This document shows positions 10,012-20,032 of a DNA stretch of 64,000 nt, in pieces; position 1 is the stretch's first letter; each line of letters starts with the position of its first letter. The notes beneath the pieces are model-generated. The model was not told where the DNA came from, did not search any database, and saw only the letters and a list, made by a program, of their open reading frames with translations. The translations under genes and the position numbers were made by a program. Source of the DNA: a virus; the IMG/VR virus record IMGVR_UViG_3300033141_002573, positions 42,726 through 106,725 of that record; one strand, given 5' to 3'.

Positions 10012-10592
10012 CAGGAAGATACCACCTTCATTGTTTCAACAACCTCAAAGGTGCGATAACCGGCAATCTGATGCGGCCACCGCTCGGTAACCACCTGAAA
10101 GAACCTACTGGACCTAACAGTAGCACCAGACTCATAATCCCGAATAAGGGCCACGTCACCATAGAGTGTTAGTGAATCATCCCCAACAGACTTAACAAGT
10201 GACAACTCCTCTCCGTTAGCATCCTTAATCAGCAGTTGATCGCCAGCCTCGAACCCAATGGTACTGACTACAGGTATCTCTGTGTCCCCAGCGGACAATG
10301 CAGAACTTGCCGTTGTAGCCACAGCGCACCATCTACCATCAAGCACCATGGGCTTCTTTACCTCAATGTAATAGTTGGGACGCACATCAATACCCCTTGG
10401 GAGCAACATCTTCGCAGGATGAGTACTGATACCCATTTCGTCCATCGAGGTTATCATTTCCGAATCGCTCTCGATAAACGTGGCGGCAGTATCAACACCC
10501 AGCGTATCCTCCAAACTCAACACAGTATGTAAATCGTGCTTAACAGCACGACTGTTTCGGTAGATACGAATAGGATGCGTTGCCCCAAACAT
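10011..10592 (-). CDS. Head-closure/neck protein with inserted beta domain
   Basis: Position after the adaptor; contains SSALSAGDTEIPVVSTIGFEAGDQLLI insertion. Confidence 0.45.
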   Translation of the reverse strand: MFGATHPIRIYRNSRAVKHDLHTVLSLEDTLGVDTAATFIESDSEMITSMDEMGISTHPAKMLLPRGIDVRPNYYIEVKKPMVLDGRWCAVATTASSALSAGDTEIPVVSTIGFEAGDQLLIKDANGEELSLVKSVGDDSLTLYGDVALIRDYESGATVRSSRFFQVVTERWPHQIAGYRTFEVVETMKVVSS

Positions 10593-11354
10593 CTATTCAC
10601 CAAACTTTCGATAGTAGGCAAGGCGCGTCCCTGGCGTTAGCCCATAAACAGCGGGATGGCTGTGGGAAACCAGAACATTTCGGTACTTGGCTATGACACG
10701 CTTGATGTCTTCCTTCCACTCCTTAATGGTAGGAGCATACCTACCCTCACGGTACTGACTAAATGTAAGTTCACCAAACTGGACCCTCTGGTAACCACCA
10801 CCCACTCCAGGCTCAGCAACCTGTGCCGCACGGATAACTGAAAGAATGTGAATCGCGACCATCTTAGCCTGGGCATCAACAACATCCGCAGGAGGGCTTT
10901 CCCATCCCCATGTGAGCGTCAACTCAATGTTCTTGTTACCACGTGCCCATACAGGATAACCACCGTAGTAATCCACAGGAGTTATCAGACCAGACTCATC
11001 CCACACATAATCGGTTAATGTCTGGTCGCTGTCACTTATAGTTATGGAAGTAACATCAAGCAGAGGCACAAAACCCCATTGGGCAAGAGAAAGTCGCTCA
11101 GTGCCTGGGCCGTCCAGAGCTACATCAACGTTTTCATGGTAGCCAAAGTCCGTCCCTACGGCATCATCGAGACGCATACGTGTCGGGGTAAGTTGGCTTG
11201 CTATCACACTACTGACATTTTCACCAGTTGTCCATGCCTCCAACGCATCCCCTTCAGCGTCAGGGGCAACTCCAACCAGAAGCAACCTGACATCATCCGC
11301 ATCACAATAGGATGCCAGCGAACATGGGTCCTGTTCAGCCCTGCTGATGGACAT
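10593..11354 (-). CDS. Head-tail adaptor (gp6/gp15-like)
   Basis: SYCDADDVRLLL start and IELTLTWGWESPPADVVDAQAKMVA motif typical of adaptors. Confidence 0.65.
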   Translation of the reverse strand: MSISRAEQDPCSLASYCDADDVRLLLVGVAPDAEGDALEAWTTGENVSSVIASQLTPTRMRLDDAVGTDFGYHENVDVALDGPGTERLSLAQWGFVPLLDVTSITISDSDQTLTDYVWDESGLITPVDYYGGYPVWARGNKNIELTLTWGWESPPADVVDAQAKMVAIHILSVIRAAQVAEPGVGGGYQRVQFGELTFSQYREGRYAPTIKEWKEDIKRVIAKYRNVLVSHSHPAVYGLTPGTRLAYYRKFGE

Positions 11355-11355
11355 A

Positions 11356-12573
11356 CTATCTCACCCCCAGGGCAATATCAAGCACCTCTTCCCTGTCTAT
11401 CATCTCTAGACACGGAGGATGCTCAATGTCGCACCTCTTTATTTGCCAATCGTTACATGGTGAGCATTTTGCATTAGCATTACCTGACACCGTAGTACAC
11501 CTTGGGAAACCCCTCACACGAAGATCTGGATCCACAGGTCCAAACAACCCAACACAAGGGACGCCCAAAGCATTAGCGGCGTGAAGAATACCCGAATCCC
11601 CCGCTATTACAACATCACACATTTCCAAAACAGCAAACATCTCAGCAACACTTGTTTTCCCCGACAGATTTACACACCCATCTATGTCCCATAAACCACG
11701 GGACCTACCGCCCAGCAGAATTGGAACATAACCAGCCCGGACAACCCCAGCAGCCAACTTCCGTACCCACGATGGCGATGGCAAACGCCTCGGAATGCTC
11801 CCCTCTACCTGGATACCAACAAATGGCCCATCTCTACCGACTAAAGACCTCGCAGCATTCCGATCCACATCGTCAACCTCGTAATCAAACTCGTAAGAAT
11901 CAACCCCACCAAGCCCAAAGCCATGTGCAAAGAGGTCACTACGATGGATATGGTCTCTTCCAGGTGCCGTTTCCACCCACCAACCCAAGTCGACAACAAG
12001 TCCAAATGGGCCGTTATCATACGCATCAAACCCACCGTAGACAGATGAAATGTAAGGCTTCCCCTTCAGAAGTCTTGTATTCTGACGCGAGGTGCTATAC
12101 GAGATGTCAGCAAACGGAAACCTTGCTTTCAATGTACGCACCGCAGGACACGACAGCAACACATCACCCAGACCCCCACTCCGTGTTATCAGCACACGGA
12201 GCGGCTCCCCAACCGAGAGCACTTCAGCGGCACTCACCCTATCGAATCCGGTGGCCCGTTTTAATACCCTATGGAGCGCACCATCGGCCACTACAACAGA
12301 ACCCGGCGGGAAAGTCCGTATAGCAGGCTGAAGCCAAGGTAGCGAAAGCCTTACAGACTTGTTGCTGGAGCATCGATAATAATAGTACCCGAGGCTGCGC
12401 TCCTCACAAACGATGGGGCCGGGTTGATTCAGAAGATACTCCAAATCTCCATCGTTTGAAACCTCCGTCCAAACACCGTCACCCAACATGTAGTCCTGAC
12501 TAAGGCGACCTTGCCCCATAACCCGATAGCTCTTCGGCCCATGAACAGTTACACAAATGCTATGTCGGCTCAT
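11356..12573 (-). CDS. Glycosyltransferase family 9 (heptosyltransferase-like) with N-terminal extra domain
   Basis: RVLITRSGGLGDVLLSCPAVRTLKARFP and CDVVIAGDSGILHAANALGVPCVGLFGP are WaaC/WaaF-type GT9 signatures. Confidence 0.9.
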   Translation of the reverse strand: MSRHSICVTVHGPKSYRVMGQGRLSQDYMLGDGVWTEVSNDGDLEYLLNQPGPIVCEERSLGYYYYRCSSNKSVRLSLPWLQPAIRTFPPGSVVVADGALHRVLKRATGFDRVSAAEVLSVGEPLRVLITRSGGLGDVLLSCPAVRTLKARFPFADISYSTSRQNTRLLKGKPYISSVYGGFDAYDNGPFGLVVDLGWWVETAPGRDHIHRSDLFAHGFGLGGVDSYEFDYEVDDVDRNAARSLVGRDGPFVGIQVEGSIPRRLPSPSWVRKLAAGVVRAGYVPILLGGRSRGLWDIDGCVNLSGKTSVAEMFAVLEMCDVVIAGDSGILHAANALGVPCVGLFGPVDPDLRVRGFPRCTTVSGNANAKCSPCNDWQIKRCDIEHPPCLEMIDREEVLDIALGVR

Positions 12574-12976
12574 CGGAAGCAGGCTGGGCAAGCCCGTCCA
12601 ACACGGCCTTCACGTCGGACGGTAGTTCCTCGTCCCCGTTACCGCCTGAACCAGCACCAGAACCCAGCAACTTAGTAACCAGTGCCTTAAGCTCAGCTAT
12701 CTGCTGGGCTTGAGATTCAACCTGCACCCGAACACGGTCCTCGGTGTCGAGGTCCTCAGGCGGCGGCTCCTTGCTAAACGGGTTGTAAGGCATGTTATTC
12801 CTGTCAAACAGACGAACCTGATTGAGAATTATATCGGCATCCGCATCATCCACCTCACAATACCCATTCCGTTCCCACCGATAGACAATAGGGTAACCCT
12901 CAGGACTCGTCCTGCCTGTGTTCCAACTCCAAGTACGCGGGCATCCGCGCTCATTTAGAATCATCCATATCTTCAC
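12560..12976 (-). CDS. Hypothetical head-module protein
   Basis: 138-aa ORF right after the capsid gene with GGAGG-like RBS; coiled-coil C-half. Confidence 0.65.
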   Translation of the reverse strand: MKIWMILNERGCPRTWSWNTGRTSPEGYPIVYRWERNGYCEVDDADADIILNQVRLFDRNNMPYNPFSKEPPPEDLDTEDRVRVQVESQAQQIAELKALVTKLLGSGAGSGGNGDEELPSDVKAVLDGLAQPASDEPT

Positions 12977-13011
12977 TAACCAGTTCCCTCCTTAAAGTAT
13001 TGGTTGTTTCA

Positions 13012-13049
13012 GCAGGTGGGACCCAGCCATCCAGCCAAGCCCCACCTGC
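13012..13049 (-). terminator. Stem-loop downstream of major capsid gene (attenuator/stabiliser)
   Basis: GCAGGTGGG...CCCACCTGC 9-bp inverted repeat in the intergenic gap; no strong U-tract. Confidence 0.4.
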
Positions 13050-13081
13050 ACTCCAGCCCCGTATCCAACAACACCCACCCG

Positions 13082-14125
13082 CTAACTAGCAGTCGTGGCC
13101 GCAAGCGGAAGGATATTGATGCCAACTACAACCCTGTCAACGTTTATGAAGTCATAATCGTACTGACCCCACGCATTGATATAGGCAACCTTCCCATCGT
13201 CGCGCATACCAACGTAGTTACGCATCTCAGGATTGTGGCCAAGAACCTTGTTCTCAGGAGCAGTCAACAGAACCCTGGTATAGCCGGTTGTCGAACCGGA
13301 AAGGGCATTAAGGCCCTCATAGTCATCCCGGATCTTAGGAACAGGAACAACCGGAATACCACGGAAGCGAGCAACACCATCATCGGTGATACTCACGTCA
13401 CCGAGATTGGTAGCCCTTACAAGCTCCAAGTAGTGACCCCACTCCAGAACCGAGTTCGATGAGCAACTAAACTCCTCACCCTTATTCCGCCACTTAGTGG
13501 GCATCGCCTTCAGAAGTTCACGGAGCACAGCAGACGACAGCCTAGCACCGTTGAAATCAACAACATGTCCCGCCTGAATTGCAGTCTGGAACCAGCCATC
13601 AACGGTCGTGAGTGCGCCAGTCCCGTAACCAGCGCGGCCAGGCCCGCCAGCAGCGGCATTCCACGCCTCATCCTCCAGCGTGTTCCCGATGTAGGTAGCC
13701 ATCATTTCATCGGCAGTCTGCTGGATATTGTCACGCTCGATGTTCCACCGCTTCAACCTCGTCTGGCTAATAGGCAGACGGAAATCATAGGTCTCAGGCG
13801 AGAGAATACGCCGGTCGAATGCCGGGGTGACCTCATCGGCCTCATCGATTCGGTCAGTCCCACCAAGACCTACAGCATACTGACCGTCAGCGATGTCCAT
13901 GTTCGTAATATCCAGTTGAGGACCATCCACAGCCATCACGGTGCAGTTTTTCAGACCCAACGTTTCATCTACAACCATCCGAATGAAACGCGAAGTCTGA
14001 TCGGGAGAAAGCCACTGCGCAGCCGTCAGTGGCGTTGTGGAAGTAAGCGCCTTAGCAACCAGTTCCTCGACGCTACCCTTTCCAACGCTGTAGGACGCTC
14101 CCTTGCTCAGGTCAATCATCAACAT
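13082..14125 (-). CDS. Major capsid protein (HK97 fold)
   Basis: 347 aa after protease/scaffold; WLSPDQTSRFIRMVVDE start and GIPVVPVP P-domain motif. Confidence 0.85.
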   Translation of the reverse strand: MLMIDLSKGASYSVGKGSVEELVAKALTSTTPLTAAQWLSPDQTSRFIRMVVDETLGLKNCTVMAVDGPQLDITNMDIADGQYAVGLGGTDRIDEADEVTPAFDRRILSPETYDFRLPISQTRLKRWNIERDNIQQTADEMMATYIGNTLEDEAWNAAAGGPGRAGYGTGALTTVDGWFQTAIQAGHVVDFNGARLSSAVLRELLKAMPTKWRNKGEEFSCSSNSVLEWGHYLELVRATNLGDVSITDDGVARFRGIPVVPVPKIRDDYEGLNALSGSTTGYTRVLLTAPENKVLGHNPEMRNYVGMRDDGKVAYINAWGQYDYDFINVDRVVVGINILPLAATTAS

Positions 14126-14159
14126 TCACCTCAACGAAGAAGACAGCCACAACGGTTCG

Positions 14160-15974
14160 CTATGCACCCATTGCGCCAAGCAGACTCATAACCTGGTCGT
14201 GGATAGGATGCTCGCTCTCCGCAGCGGCGACCGAATTTGCCTCTCGCGTGTCATTATCACTAATCTGCAAGGAGAAGGGAGAAGCCTTCTCCAACAGATC
14301 AAACTTTTCCGTTTGAACCTTCTGCGTCTTCTGTATCTCCTCTGTAAGTTCCTGCAACTCCTGAACAGCCTTAACAACCCGTTCCATGTCACTAACCAAG
14401 CCAAGCACCGTCTTGACAACATCAGCATCGCTCTCGTCATCAGTCGACTCTTCCCTACCATCGCCATCCCCATCATCGCCAGCAGACTTAGCATCACCCT
14501 CGGTCGACCCTGCGGCCTCAGCCTTTGCAGTATCCTCTTCCTGGTCACTGGAACTAGCATCTGCCTTCTCTGCGATGAACGCCGAAACGGCAGAGGTAAG
14601 CCCAGCAACAATATCAGTCAACTTGTCAAGCCGCTCCTCCACAGGAGATGTAGACTTCTCCACCTCGACCTCCTCCTCATTCTCAGAAGGAGTATCGGAA
14701 CCATCCCCACCCTCCGCATCAGACCATTCGTCGGGTTCCGCCTCCTCACCAGTAGAGCCAAGGTTCTCATCTGCAACGTCCTGGCCCGCATCGGCCTTCG
14801 CAGTCAAGAGACCCGTTAGGCCCTTTACAGCCTCGGCAAGCGTCTCAAGTGCTGCCATATCCTCACTTCCCTCTTGAACATCCTCTTGCACGATGGCTTC
14901 TTCCGTTGTGACTGCCTTCTTTACCTGCTCCAAAAGCTTCCTAGCCCTCTCTTGAAGTTGGCGTGCTTTGGCTTCAGAAATACGAGTACCATCCTTCAGT
15001 TTTATCTGAGAAGCCCTAGAAATGGCGTTACGTATACGGGCCTCATCCAAGTTACCATTCTTGTCTTTGAACGGAAGGTGGCGGAGAGTACGCGGGACTG
15101 TCTTCCCCTCAGCATCCTTTTTGCCTCCAGGCTCCACAAAAAGGAAATAGCTATCAGGCAGATCATTGAAGTACGCCGTATCACGGGCAGCCTTTTCAAC
15201 TTCATCATCCTGCTCCCCGTCAACGTCGTCAAGTTCAGCCGCCGCCTTGAAGACAGCATCCGCCCAGTCGTCAGTCCCCTTTGCAGCAACAATACCAGTA
15301 TCCTGGTTCACCGCCGCATCCGGCCTAGTAAGCAAAACATGATCCAACTTTAGGGCGTCTATCTCACGAATAGTACCCTTCCCAAGTGGGTCATGAACAA
15401 TACGCTTAGCACCTGGCGGGACACGACCAGCAACCGATACCTTCAATGCCCCATCATGGGTCCCAAGCCTGTTGTACACCCAGGCAGCAAAGGGCCACTC
15501 AGGATAGATGTAGCCCTTCATACACAGTTCTCCATCCTTCACTACCACATCGGTAAACTCCCCCGCCTCAGACAACGGGTTAATCAGCGCCGCCTCGTGG
15601 CTATCAGCCACAGCCAGCACAATTGGTGCCTGCTCAGCCATGGACGCTAGAGCCTTCTCAGTGAACCTGTCATTCTGACGATCAATACTGTCAGAAGCAG
15701 CAGTAGCAACAATAGGGTACTCATGTGGAGACTCGCCGTCCAATGCTCTAACAGACGCCCCAAACTTGAAATCCCCAACCATTCGATAGTCGCCTCCAGC
15801 CTTAAGTTCGAATTCCTTCTTTAGCTGTTTTAGAACCGTGGCGATGAGAACCCCCTCATCTATGTCGGGGTTTTCACGCAGAATCGCATTCAGACGCCTT
15901 CTGGCCCACTCCTTCTGCTTCGGAGTAAACCCACGAAACGCGGGAGGCAAGTCTGAGATGGTAGACCAAGGCAA
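14160..15974 (-). CDS. Prohead protease-scaffold fusion with ChaB-like N-terminus
   Basis: MPWSTISDLPPAF (ChaB-like); IVATAASDSIDRQNDRFTEKALASM (prohead protease); HLPFKDKNGNLDEARIRNAISRASQ domain; long acidic scaffold tail. Confidence 0.8.
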   Translation of the reverse strand: MPWSTISDLPPAFRGFTPKQKEWARRRLNAILRENPDIDEGVLIATVLKQLKKEFELKAGGDYRMVGDFKFGASVRALDGESPHEYPIVATAASDSIDRQNDRFTEKALASMAEQAPIVLAVADSHEAALINPLSEAGEFTDVVVKDGELCMKGYIYPEWPFAAWVYNRLGTHDGALKVSVAGRVPPGAKRIVHDPLGKGTIREIDALKLDHVLLTRPDAAVNQDTGIVAAKGTDDWADAVFKAAAELDDVDGEQDDEVEKAARDTAYFNDLPDSYFLFVEPGGKKDAEGKTVPRTLRHLPFKDKNGNLDEARIRNAISRASQIKLKDGTRISEAKARQLQERARKLLEQVKKAVTTEEAIVQEDVQEGSEDMAALETLAEAVKGLTGLLTAKADAGQDVADENLGSTGEEAEPDEWSDAEGGDGSDTPSENEEEVEVEKSTSPVEERLDKLTDIVAGLTSAVSAFIAEKADASSSDQEEDTAKAEAAGSTEGDAKSAGDDGDGDGREESTDDESDADVVKTVLGLVSDMERVVKAVQELQELTEEIQKTQKVQTEKFDLLEKASPFSLQISDNDTREANSVAAAESEHPIHDQVMSLLGAMGA

Positions 15975-16034
15975 ACCGGAAACACATCCCCCATGCTAAG
16001 AACTTGTAAGAACATTACTATCCTTATCATGTAC

Positions 16035-16063
16035 ATTGTAACACATATAACACATTATGTCAA
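16035..16063 (-). promoter_or_regulatory. sigma70-type promoter for protease/capsid operon
   Basis: TTGACA-N17-TACAAT on the minus strand, overlapping the portal stop codon. Confidence 0.75.
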
Positions 16064-17944
16064 GGTTACCACCTCCGTCTCCTCCGAAGCGCCATTATTA
16101 TCCACCGCAGGTGTAAATGCCTCAGGAAATGCCTTCTGTATGTCATCGGGGTTTGCCACACCCAGATCCTCAAGGATAGTAGCCATTGTTTGCTGCGCAT
16201 CTGGAGGAAGAGTCGACGGCTTCTCAGCAACCACAACAGCAGCCTTCTCTGTAGGTACACCCCGTGGCGGCGTCTTCATGTTACCAGACACCATCTGCTT
16301 CCTACTAGACTCTATGGTCTCCTTAACCTTTTGAGGGCTAACAAATGCAGAAAGTGGCGTGTACCCCTGACCCGCAATGTAGAGGATAGGCTCGTCACCA
16401 CCGGGGAGCCGTGGCATGTGCAACTCCGCCCGTATCTCATTTATCGACGCAGCCCCTCTCGACAGGAGCATATCCCAAAGTTCCCGCTTCTCCTGAAGAT
16501 CAAGAAGGTCTGGCACCTCAAGGTCAAGCACCCAATCACGGGTCCCGAACTCCCGCTCAAAGATGTAATTAAACCTTTGTTCGATAACACGCTGTTCGGG
16601 TCTGACAACATACTCAAGGAACCGCCTGTCCATCTCCTGGCTCGTAGCACGATTCAGATCCCTGGTGTTAAACACAACAGGCGGAGGCACACGGTATGCT
16701 CTTAGCACACCCCTATCGGCATCCTCCCTAAACTGGAGGTAACCACCACTATCACTTAAGTGTTCAGAACTCAAACGCTCTATCTGGATATCTGTCTCCT
16801 CTCCGATCTCAAGGACGAGAACCTGGTTTAGCGCATCAAGCTTGTTCTGCGTCTTTATCCACTCATCAATCGTAGACAGCACCTTACGGTTGAGACCACC
16901 CTCGCCTTTGATGAAAATAGCCAGCCTGGGCACCGTTGCATTGTCAAAGTAAGACAGCATAAACAAACGAGCATTCTGGGCACCAAGATAGTCCTCAATG
17001 GCAGAGATAATAGGTGGCTCCCCATACACAGTATCCCTTGGGGATCTAATAGCAAAGTGCATCATTTCATGCACCGGAACCTGTATCTCATCCCCATCCT
17101 TTTGTGCCTTCTTCATCCAATCAAAAATGGAACCATACCAGTAGCCATCACGGATGTCAGCCTTGGCAATAAAGGCACCCTCCCCATCTTCCGCAGGAAT
17201 AAACACAGGAAGCCTGGGCATAACAGCCTTACCATCAAGTTGAAAATCCGCAGTATCCCTCCGCACCAACCTAATGGCCCTAGCGTCCTCGACACCATAC
17301 TTCACAAACCATTGCTTCCTTGACCCCTTCACCTGAACAAAACCAGGTACGTTCTTCGCAATCCTCATTGTTACAGATTTGGCATCCGCCATCTTTGCCA
17401 GCCTACCCTGGGCATCACGCATTAACTCCATGTAAGCGTTTCCAGTACAGTAGTAGTCCTGGAACATAGCTGCTAACATTTCACTAAAACTATACTCAGG
17501 AAGACCAGCCTCGAGCACAGCTACAATCTCGTCCCGCTTCGATTCATCCGGGTGTGGCGAGGACGCCTTCGACGGCGTTCTTCCTGCCGTGGAAACAGGC
17601 CATATCTCCTGCCTTGGCCGAATATGCCACCCCTGCTTAACTACTGCCTCTACAAGAGCGTCAACTGAGGCACGCATGGTAGCATCCCTCAGGTATAATG
17701 CTGTGTAGAAATGGGGAAGTACTGGCGGTTCCACAACCGCGTTCATGTCGTAGTAATCACGCATCCCATCAATAGCATCTATCTGCGAACTTACCACTCG
17801 CCCCACACTATCGGTCTTGTTTGCCTTCCCCATCCGCCCCATAATGTACAGAAAACGTTGTGCAGCGCTTCCGGTTGGATCAGAAATAACAGCAGCCTTA
17901 ACAAGGTTACCATCCTTGTCCTCAAGATCCATTGTACGGATCAT
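16055..17944 (-). CDS. Portal protein (PBSX/HK97-like)
   Basis: TGNAYMELMRDAQG, EMMHFA, YGEPPIISA, ASINEIRAELHMPRLPGGD motifs; follows terminase. Confidence 0.9.
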   Translation of the reverse strand: MIRTMDLEDKDGNLVKAAVISDPTGSAAQRFLYIMGRMGKANKTDSVGRVVSSQIDAIDGMRDYYDMNAVVEPPVLPHFYTALYLRDATMRASVDALVEAVVKQGWHIRPRQEIWPVSTAGRTPSKASSPHPDESKRDEIVAVLEAGLPEYSFSEMLAAMFQDYYCTGNAYMELMRDAQGRLAKMADAKSVTMRIAKNVPGFVQVKGSRKQWFVKYGVEDARAIRLVRRDTADFQLDGKAVMPRLPVFIPAEDGEGAFIAKADIRDGYWYGSIFDWMKKAQKDGDEIQVPVHEMMHFAIRSPRDTVYGEPPIISAIEDYLGAQNARLFMLSYFDNATVPRLAIFIKGEGGLNRKVLSTIDEWIKTQNKLDALNQVLVLEIGEETDIQIERLSSEHLSDSGGYLQFREDADRGVLRAYRVPPPVVFNTRDLNRATSQEMDRRFLEYVVRPEQRVIEQRFNYIFEREFGTRDWVLDLEVPDLLDLQEKRELWDMLLSRGAASINEIRAELHMPRLPGGDEPILYIAGQGYTPLSAFVSPQKVKETIESSRKQMVSGNMKTPPRGVPTEKAAVVVAEKPSTLPPDAQQTMATILEDLGVANPDDIQKAFPEAFTPAVDNNGASEETEVVTLT

Positions 17945-19923
17945 GCTGACCCCACCTTTCTATGGCGCTCAAACAATTCTTTTCGCTTCTTAAACCAGCC
18001 GCCATCATCACTAGCATCGTAGCCAGTATCAGCCAAACGAAGTCTCCTCCCGAACCACTCGTCGAGAACAGGTGTATTCTCATCATTGCCAGTGGCCTCC
18101 TCATCACCCCCATCGGGTGACGGAAATGCACTTCCAAATACATGCACACGAACCCCGTCTAACTCCCCCATCTGTAACTTACTGTAAGCATGAATAGCCG
18201 CCATTAATGTGTCATCATGCTCAGCCTCATCAGGGTAACCCTCAAGCTCCTCCTCGAATGGCTGCATTTTCCTTCTCGTATAACCATCCTGCGCCCAGGG
18301 GTACAAAAGCAACCCACTCTCAGCGAGTTCAACAAACCGCTGAATCTCCTCCAACTTCGAGGGGCCAAGCGCACGTTTGGTTACAGGGATACCCAAACTC
18401 TCCTCTATACTTACAGCCGTCCATAGGGCCATTGCATTGCTTTCAAACACAACAAAGTGAGGCCTGTACGCAAGAATCCATTCCCTTAGCCTCCCAATAA
18501 ACCGTTTGGGGGAACTCGTCTGAAAGCGAAGGAGATCCAATAGTATTCTGCTTTTCGAACGTTTATCCATACCCCAAAGTTCGATAACGGTGTAGTCCCT
18601 CTTAGCCCCAGGCTTCGAAACCTTACTAGCAGGGTCAATAGAAATAACACGCCTTCCTATTTCAATACCAGCAGCAGCGTACTGGTCGTAGAGTTGAGTC
18701 CCAAGACTAGGAATACCTATACGGCAATCCCACGCAGAGAGAAGAGGCTTAAGTGATCCATCAGGCCTTAACTGCCCATCAGCCCTACAGTAATGCTCAA
18801 GCAATTCATGAGGAAAGAGCTTCTCCTCTGGCGCTCTCGGTCTGTTTTGACGTGTCCTAGCAAATGCGGTTCTATCTCCGATGTAGTCCTCAACCACCTT
18901 GCGAGGCGTCCAAAACTCAGGCCAAAGAAGATAGTCGCTCAAGTTATCAGGCACAACAACATTATCGACAGTCCATGGCTTGCTCTCATCTATTCGCTTA
19001 GGAGGCCATGGGCAATCGGGCTTGGTATCGTCCACCATCCTATAGACCTTTACGTCCCAGTTGCCCTTCTGCTTGGCATCATCGGCAATACGGCTGTGGG
19101 CATCCGTAGCATGGTGAATTGTCCCGATGTTGATCCACATTCGCCTATCTGGGTGAAGACGCGAATGGAAGGCAGTGGTCATCCAATTGTACACCGCAAG
19201 TCGTGACGACTCCGTTTTTGAGTTCTCTATAGTGACAACATCATCCGTAACCCCAACATCAAACCTAACACCCTCAACAGCACCTCCATAACCAAAAACC
19301 TCGACGTTACCGGAACTTTCATCCAGCTTACCGTCTACGCATATCTTATCCGCCCTCCACACCCTTGGTGACCTGACATCATGCTGGATGCCAACAAGAC
19401 CAAGGTATATCTCATTCATAGTAAGATGGAATTGGTGGTTCGCAACATGACGCTCACCCAACGTCTTGGTAGACGTGCCCAACAAACAGGTGAGATTCGG
19501 ATCAATGAAGATAAGGTAAAGAGGAAACGCACGAACAAGAATAAGGCTTTTCCCAGTAGACGTGGGCCAGATACGTGACATCCGATAAACACCATCGTTC
19601 CTGGTAAAAGCCTTATCAAATGGACAAATAGCAGGGGGGAGCGTCCGCATAATGTCATCGCAGACCTCCCCCCAATGGCGAGGTAGTTCCTTAGGCCAAA
19701 CCTCTCTGTCTACACGCGATTGTACCGGTAGGTACACATAGTGGAAAAAGTAACGGAACGAAACAGTGGCATTGACCACCATGTTCCGTGCGTCAAGCGA
19801 CAGAGCCTCCCATCTCTCGCGCCCAGCCTTCCCATTGTAAAGAGGAGGCAGGGCAACACGTCTGCCGTCACTGAGCTTGACAATAGTGCGCTCTGGGTAA
19901 CGCTCCTCCAACGGTCTCAACAA
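17941..19923 (-). CDS. terL: Terminase large subunit
   Basis: Walker A-like WPTSTGKS, Walker B VTDDVV, RNase-H nuclease ISIDPAS...RDYTVI...HDDTLMA. Confidence 0.9.
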   Translation of the reverse strand: MLRPLEERYPERTIVKLSDGRRVALPPLYNGKAGRERWEALSLDARNMVVNATVSFRYFFHYVYLPVQSRVDREVWPKELPRHWGEVCDDIMRTLPPAICPFDKAFTRNDGVYRMSRIWPTSTGKSLILVRAFPLYLIFIDPNLTCLLGTSTKTLGERHVANHQFHLTMNEIYLGLVGIQHDVRSPRVWRADKICVDGKLDESSGNVEVFGYGGAVEGVRFDVGVTDDVVTIENSKTESSRLAVYNWMTTAFHSRLHPDRRMWINIGTIHHATDAHSRIADDAKQKGNWDVKVYRMVDDTKPDCPWPPKRIDESKPWTVDNVVVPDNLSDYLLWPEFWTPRKVVEDYIGDRTAFARTRQNRPRAPEEKLFPHELLEHYCRADGQLRPDGSLKPLLSAWDCRIGIPSLGTQLYDQYAAAGIEIGRRVISIDPASKVSKPGAKRDYTVIELWGMDKRSKSRILLDLLRFQTSSPKRFIGRLREWILAYRPHFVVFESNAMALWTAVSIEESLGIPVTKRALGPSKLEEIQRFVELAESGLLLYPWAQDGYTRRKMQPFEEELEGYPDEAEHDDTLMAAIHAYSKLQMGELDGVRVHVFGSAFPSPDGGDEEATGNDENTPVLDEWFGRRLRLADTGYDASDDGGWFKKRKELFERHRKVGSA

Positions 19924-20032
19924 GTGACTTACCTACCGGACGATTTTTCACACTTCCTTCTTTGTATGGTAGCATACGTTACAAATAAAGTCAAACCCAT
20001 GGTATTCTACCCACAACTCCGAACCCAAACTA

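Noticed and set aside
8713-15353. Long plus-strand ORFs (8713-10059, 11652-12323, 13565-14191, 14103-14819, 14386-14877)
   Set aside because: Antisense shadows of well-supported structural genes, with Ser/Pro/Arg/His-rich composition and no motifs.
16038-16065. dif-like site GTAACACATAT-AACACA-TTATGTCAAGG for the Xer-like recombinase
   Set aside because: Only partial similarity, fully explained by the overlapping TTGACA-17-TACAAT promoter and the portal stop. Recombination here would split the head operon.
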